A DNA stretch of 54,411 nt from Thermoplasmatota archaeon (GTDB taxonomy: Archaea > Thermoplasmatota > Penumbrarchaeia > Penumbrarchaeales > Penumbrarchaeaceae): contig CBDDUX010000031.1 of the NCBI GenBank assembly GCA_965234725.1, positions 1-54,411 on the forward strand, read 5' to 3'. This document shows, piece after piece, positions 49,516 to 54,411 of the stretch (positions are counted from its first letter, which is position 1; each line of letters starts with the position of its first letter). Made by a program: the position numbers and the translations under genes. The notes beneath the pieces are model-generated. The model did not search any database and had not been told where the DNA came from. It saw only the letters and a program-made list of their open reading frames with translations.

Positions 49516-52500
49516 TCATTTTACAATTTGAGAATCGGAAGTTGCACTCCCCATTGAAGGATCATCAATCACTGGTTCATTGTGAACTTCCTGAGAATGT
49601 TGTGCGGGTGGGAGAGAGTTCTGGGTCAAACTTGAAAGTTGAGGTCCATTTGTATGAGGAGGGGCGCTAATGAAGTTCTTCGTTCCAATTGTCGGACCTA
49701 CTGGAACTGAACTTTGTTCAGCACCCTTCACCTGATCCTTCTCTTCTTCAACTTTCCCAGTTCTAGACCTTCTGAAAACAACAAATAGTATTCCACCTGC
49801 AATAGCTAACAGGATTACGACAATGAATACAATCAATAAGATCGAGGAACCACCCCCGTCATCAGTTTCACCTATCTGGTCAGCTAATACTGTGAAGGTC
49901 CACGTTTCCTCTACAACATTTCCAGCAGAATCAATTGCCCTGACTACCAGAGTATGATCTCCCGGAGGGAGTATTTCTGTTGAATAGGAATCTCCCTCTA
50001 CTTCTATGAACTCTCCACCGTCAAGTGATATCGATACGTTTTCAATATTCGAGGTACCATCACTAGCCGTCCATGACAAGGCTGCAATCCCGTTTTGAAC
50101 ATTTCTACTCTCATCTATAGTTAAGATGGGCTCCGTTGGATCTATGATTACCTGGTTTGGGTAATCTAGTTTGTAGATCCATTTTGCTTTGTCGATCACT
50201 GTAAGTGATATGGTATGTGTTCCTTCTAATAATTCTAAGGTGTAAACAGTATCATTGATGTCCAGGGCGATTTTCTCTCCATCAACTTCAAGGAAAATTT
50301 CGCTAATTCCCATTTCTTCTTCGATCTCCCATTGAATTAAGAGATCCTTCTGTGATGAAACAGATACAGTTTCTCCAACCCAGTACGCTTTGGGCTCTGT
50401 AAGATCCACAGTTATGATCATTGAGATGGACGCATTGTTACCAGCCACATCCGAAGCGTTGAGAGTAACCTTGTAGTGACCATCCTCCGTGAGAATTATC
50501 GACAAATGATCCTTCCCCAGAACATCCCTGCTTTTTTCTCCTTCGATGGTAAGGTCCATTCCCACAATTCCATTGATATCCTCCGACTCCCATTCGACTT
50601 TGATATCCCTTGATGTTTGGATCAATGTCCCCATTTCAATAAATGATAATAGAGGTGCAGTTGTGTCCACAATAAACCGGATTTGCGCCTGGTGAATGTT
50701 TCCCGCGAGATCGATGGCCCTTATCTTTGCAAGGTGCTCCCCCTCTTCAAGGTCCAAATCCAATGAAGTTTCAATTTCCATATCTTTCCATGCATCATCA
50801 TCGATACATAATTGATAACCCCGGATCCCGATATTGTCAACTGCATTCCATTTCAGGCTAATATTCCCGAACCTTAGGAAATCTCCTTCGTCGATACCAA
50901 GGAATCCCACCAATGGTGATTTTGAATCCTTGATCACCCAGATATCGCTTTGCACATAATTTCCACTATCATCCACTAGTTTTATTGAAATGAGGTACTC
51001 TCCATCTTCAGGAAAGGTCATCTCGTATTCATGTGACTCACCAATTGATATGAAATCATTTTGAATTCCAACCCTTATAAGGGCTGATGACCATTCGAAA
51101 ACCCCATCATAATCCCATTGCATGGAATAAATACTCGAAGAGAAAACGGTTCCATTCACTGGAGATATTATGTCAACTTCATTATCATTCGAGATCTCGA
51201 ATGGAACCTTTACTACGGTCAAATGACCAGCATTATCCATTGCCTCGATCTCAAAAAGGTGTTCACCCTCATTTAGAACTACCGTTATCGAACCATCCAC
51301 ATCTGCCATGGTCCAGTCTTCCTCATTGAATCGATATCTGATTGTTTTAATCCCAGTAATATCAAAAACAGAGTAATCGAAGTTGACGCTTTGACTTGAG
51401 ATTATTGAACCGGGAGAAGGACCGTGTAATGAGATCTGAGGAGCGAATCGGTCAACTGTAAATTCAATATTTTCTGTTAATAACAAATCATGATCATCTA
51501 AAACTGAGATTGAAATTGAGTGAGGACCTTCCTCTAAATCAAGGTTAAGGGAACGGATAGCAGTATCCAAAAGTGTCCATTCTCCATCTACCGAGAAATT
51601 GAGCTCATATACCGGGAAATATTCCACAACTTTCCATTCTGCTGTCACTGGATCGTTTTCAATAAAGCATCCATTTGAAGGACTTGAAATATTCAGCACT
51701 GGGACGGTTTGATTCAATTCTATGCCCAGATCTAAGATCCTAGCTAATCCATTATTATCAGTCGCTTTTAGAGAAAAATTATAAGGTCCTTTTTCAAGGA
51801 ACACAGTTGTTGAATTTATCTCTGTCACATTGGTCCATTTTCCATCGGTTCCGTTCAATTCCACCTTCTGGATGCCCCATTCATCACCCGTTTCCCATCC
51901 GATCCGATGGTACGATCTGTCAATGAAATTAAATGTGTTGGTGGTGAAAGAAGCATCAGGCTGGTCCACATCAAAATTGATATTTGCAACTGGTAACTTA
52001 TCAGAGTTTTTTCCAGTTCCAGAGAGAGAATATGGAATATCCACTATTCCATTTCGATCCTCATCTGGAGAAAGATGATCATCCCAGTAATTACCTATAA
52101 TCCCATTGTCATAAATATTAAAATTACCTGTGGGTCCCCCATCACTTTGAGCACCATTATTTGGGTAATATTTATTATTATTTTGGAATAGATTCATCCA
52201 AATGGTATTGTTCCACCCCTCCATGGAATCCCACTCAAAAGTGATAGCAAAAAACCTATTATTAGAGAATACATTGTCGAAAATGTCAGCATTCCAAGAA
52301 GTTGCGATTAATCCCCTTTTACAATAATCAAAGGTATTATTGAAGATTTGAACACGTGCAGCGTTTGGATTAGTGCCTTTCAATTCCATACCCATATTAC
52401 AGTTTGTGAATGTATTATTGTATACAGCACCATTATTACATTCTGATGGAGCTGTAGAGTCAAACCTTAATCCATGATAACCTCCAGCTCCATTTCCTGT

Positions 52501-53253
52501 GAAACTACAATTTCTTATTGAACTTGATGCTGACATCCCCTTTGGAGATAGACCCGCATTCATAAAGGTGGAATGTTCAATTATTTGTGTGCCATGTATA
52601 AATGATTCAACAAAGATCTGAGAAAATGTTGAATTTGATATATGAAACATACCAGAATTTCCTGAAAAATTGAAATATGAAGGAATATTCTGGGATGACC
52701 AAATAAACATGAAATTCGAGTTCTCAACATTCAATGATGATAAATTTTTACACAATATTGAAGATTCATATTTCAATGTTGTTGAAAAGGAACAATTATT
52801 CATCTTAAGATCCAAACAATCAATGCTTTTAAAGAAATATGATGAATCCAATGCCAAGTTCTCTAAATTGATGTGATCATTATTTCTGAATATCATACGA
52901 TATTCCGCTGAAGTGCCCCATTCGATGTCAGTGATCGTAAAAAATGATGTAGTGTTACTGATCTGGATACAATATATGAACATATCGAGACCGGATATGA
53001 CATATGGGTTATTTCTCGAACCATTACCGGTGATAAATGAATAATTTTCGAAATCCTCGTCCCCCTCAATTATAAGGTTTTCAGACATTAAGGTATTGGA
53101 CCCAGCTAATGGATCATCAGAAGATGCAGATTCCATTTGACCTGAGATCATTGGTATCGAGATCAATGAAATGGAAATAATCAAACAAAAAACATATTCT
53201 TTTTTGATATTTTCAAATTTACATGATTCTCTCTTCATGAATTCCACCTCCAA
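49516..53253 (-). CDS. Large surface protein: beta-helix + multiple Ig-like repeats + TM anchor
   Basis: G.GS..NPYVISG, GNYWDD..D...NGIVD.PY, repeated A.D.AGN Ig units, TM helix then RRSR. Same architecture as 35986-40554. Start uncertain. Confidence 0.82.
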   Translation of the reverse strand: MEVEFMKRESCKFENIKKEYVFCLIISISLISIPMISGQMESASSDDPLAGSNTLMSENLIIEGDEDFENYSFITGNGSRNNPYVISGLDMFIYCIQISNTTSFFTITDIEWGTSAEYRMIFRNNDHINLENLALDSSYFFKSIDCLDLKMNNCSFSTTLKYESSILCKNLSSLNVENSNFMFIWSSQNIPSYFNFSGNSGMFHISNSTFSQIFVESFIHGTQIIEHSTFMNAGLSPKGMSASSSIRNCSFTGNGAGGYHGLRFDSTAPSECNNGAVYNNTFTNCNMGMELKGTNPNAARVQIFNNTFDYCKRGLIATSWNADIFDNVFSNNRFFAITFEWDSMEGWNNTIWMNLFQNNNKYYPNNGAQSDGGPTGNFNIYDNGIIGNYWDDHLSPDEDRNGIVDIPYSLSGTGKNSDKLPVANINFDVDQPDASFTTNTFNFIDRSYHRIGWETGDEWGIQKVELNGTDGKWTNVTEINSTTVFLEKGPYNFSLKATDNNGLARILDLGIELNQTVPVLNISSPSNGCFIENDPVTAEWKVVEYFPVYELNFSVDGEWTLLDTAIRSLNLDLEEGPHSISISVLDDHDLLLTENIEFTVDRFAPQISLHGPSPGSIISSQSVNFDYSVFDITGIKTIRYRFNEEDWTMADVDGSITVVLNEGEHLFEIEAMDNAGHLTVVKVPFEISNDNEVDIISPVNGTVFSSSIYSMQWDYDGVFEWSSALIRVGIQNDFISIGESHEYEMTFPEDGEYLISIKLVDDSGNYVQSDIWVIKDSKSPLVGFLGIDEGDFLRFGNISLKWNAVDNIGIRGYQLCIDDDAWKDMEIETSLDLDLEEGEHLAKIRAIDLAGNIHQAQIRFIVDTTAPLLSFIEMGTLIQTSRDIKVEWESEDINGIVGMDLTIEGEKSRDVLGKDHLSIILTEDGHYKVTLNASDVAGNNASISMIITVDLTEPKAYWVGETVSVSSQKDLLIQWEIEEEMGISEIFLEVDGEKIALDINDTVYTLELLEGTHTISLTVIDKAKWIYKLDYPNQVIIDPTEPILTIDESRNVQNGIAALSWTASDGTSNIENVSISLDGGEFIEVEGDSYSTEILPPGDHTLVVRAIDSAGNVVEETWTFTVLADQIGETDDGGGSSILLIVFIVVILLAIAGGILFVVFRRSRTGKVEEEKDQVKGAEQSSVPVGPTIGTKNFISAPPHTNGPQLSSLTQNSLPPAQHSQEVHNEPVIDDPSMGSATSDSQIVK

Positions 53254-53630
53254 TCTAATTTGATTGAATTGACCATTAATCTCAATATCAATATATAAAG
53301 GACCATAGAATTGAAATCTACACTATCGAACAAAGATTACTGGTGTGAGAAAATGACCCGCCAGGTCTCCATAGAATGTGTGTTTTAATGCCATGAAAGC
53401 TTCACATCCATCGATAAATTGTCTCGACATAGGATCTCATAGTGGGACCTTTAGTTGACTTCCAAATTTATTGGAATGAATGAGTAATTGATGATTGATG
53501 GAAGGTATCGATAATAAGGACCTTATAGAGAAGATCAAAATCATTCATTATCAACTCTGAATCGGTTAATAAAAATCGATAATAATATCTACTTTCGATA
53601 ACTTTAACAGACTGTTGTGGGTGGTAAAAA

Positions 53631-54131
53631 ATGGACTTCGATTCTACTGTGATTGGAGCTATCCTTGCCTCTATTATTGGGATCATTGGCCTCATCATTA
53701 TCGTTTTGTATATAATATGGAGGTCAAAGAGAAATCAAAGGAGATTGGAATATGAATTTGATGATGATATTGATGACAGATTACCATCAAAAAAATTACA
53801 GAAGAATGCAAAGATCACATTTGATGAAAGAGTTGTTGTCGAGCCCAAATCCCATGAGATCAGAAACACTATCCTGAAACAGGGGGATAAGATCAGAATA
53901 TCGATGATAGAGAAGAATAAACGGGCTTTCAATTTCTATCTGTTAAATGAGGAGAATTATAATATCTATTTGAAAAGCAAGTATTTCCGAAAAGAGATCA
54001 GTAAGAAAGGAAAATCAAAATATCTTTTGGAACATGAGATCCCTGAAAAAGGAATGTGGTTCTTTGTCATGGAATGTTCCATGAAGAAATTGGAAAGAGA
54101 GATACATCTGATAATGTATATAAAAAAGTGA
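53631..54131 (+). CDS. Membrane-anchored hypothetical protein
   Basis: GGTGG SD, N-terminal TM helix, Lys-rich beta-sandwich-like C-domain. AT-rich. Confidence 0.65.
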   Translation: MDFDSTVIGAILASIIGIIGLIIIVLYIIWRSKRNQRRLEYEFDDDIDDRLPSKKLQKNAKITFDERVVVEPKSHEIRNTILKQGDKIRISMIEKNKRAFNFYLLNEENYNIYLKSKYFRKEISKKGKSKYLLEHEIPEKGMWFFVMECSMKKLEREIHLIMYIKK

Positions 54132-54411
54132 AATAGATGATGATCAATAATTCTGCAACACAGCGTGAAAATTAATGGTTACACTTGCTTTCTCATCCAT
54201 ATTAGAAATGCCAAGATGGCAATATCCAAGATGTCCTCCTTTTTCCCGGTTCTCTCGGTCTCTTTATCTCCCATATATACGATAATTTGATCATACAATC
54301 GGTCCTCGATATGGGGAATTTGATCCTCTTTGAATATTTCTAAATATTCCTCTCCCCCTTTTTTTGTACCCCTTTAGGAAGATTGAAAGGGTTAAGAGAG
54401 CAAGTTTTAAA

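Noticed and set aside
53340-53630. Short palindromes in the divergent intergenic region (e.g. AGGATCTCATAGTGGGACCT, repeated TCGATA)
   Set aside because: Weak, irregular stems in AT-rich DNA, without the fixed-loop/TTGACG pattern.
93-53932. Numerous 60-210 aa ORFs antisense to or overlapping the called genes
   Set aside because: Ser/Ile/Pro-rich shadow frames of real genes with no recognisable motifs.

Overview
Gene-dense archaeal window, most consistent with Thermoplasmatota (inferred from gene content, TATA-like promoters, apparent leaderless starts and large membrane-anchored surface proteins). It carries housekeeping and metabolic genes (adk, panE, XPD/Rad3 helicase, cobalamin/iron-chelate ABC importer with a divergent regulator, MscS, UbiD-family decarboxylase, GT2-GtrA, MMPL/RND, CN-hydrolase, PhoU-TrkA_C pair, SDR, CaCA, MFS, DMT, split LKR + saccharopine dehydrogenase, asparaginase II), five large surface proteins and tRNA-Gly(GCC). 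I saw no CRISPR array, integrase or transposase. The most striking unexplained signal is non-coding. A ~600-nt intergenic region (43240-43835) holds two diverged ~135-nt copies of a three-hairpin unit, with compensatory base changes, conserved bulges, near-fixed loop lengths (17 and 22-24 nt) and a recurring TTGACG loop motif. A similar hairpin train with 22-23-nt loops and the same motif lies around a 19-bp duplication of the tRNA-Gly 3' end (30882-31108). All protein calls are from motif recognition by eye, not database searches.
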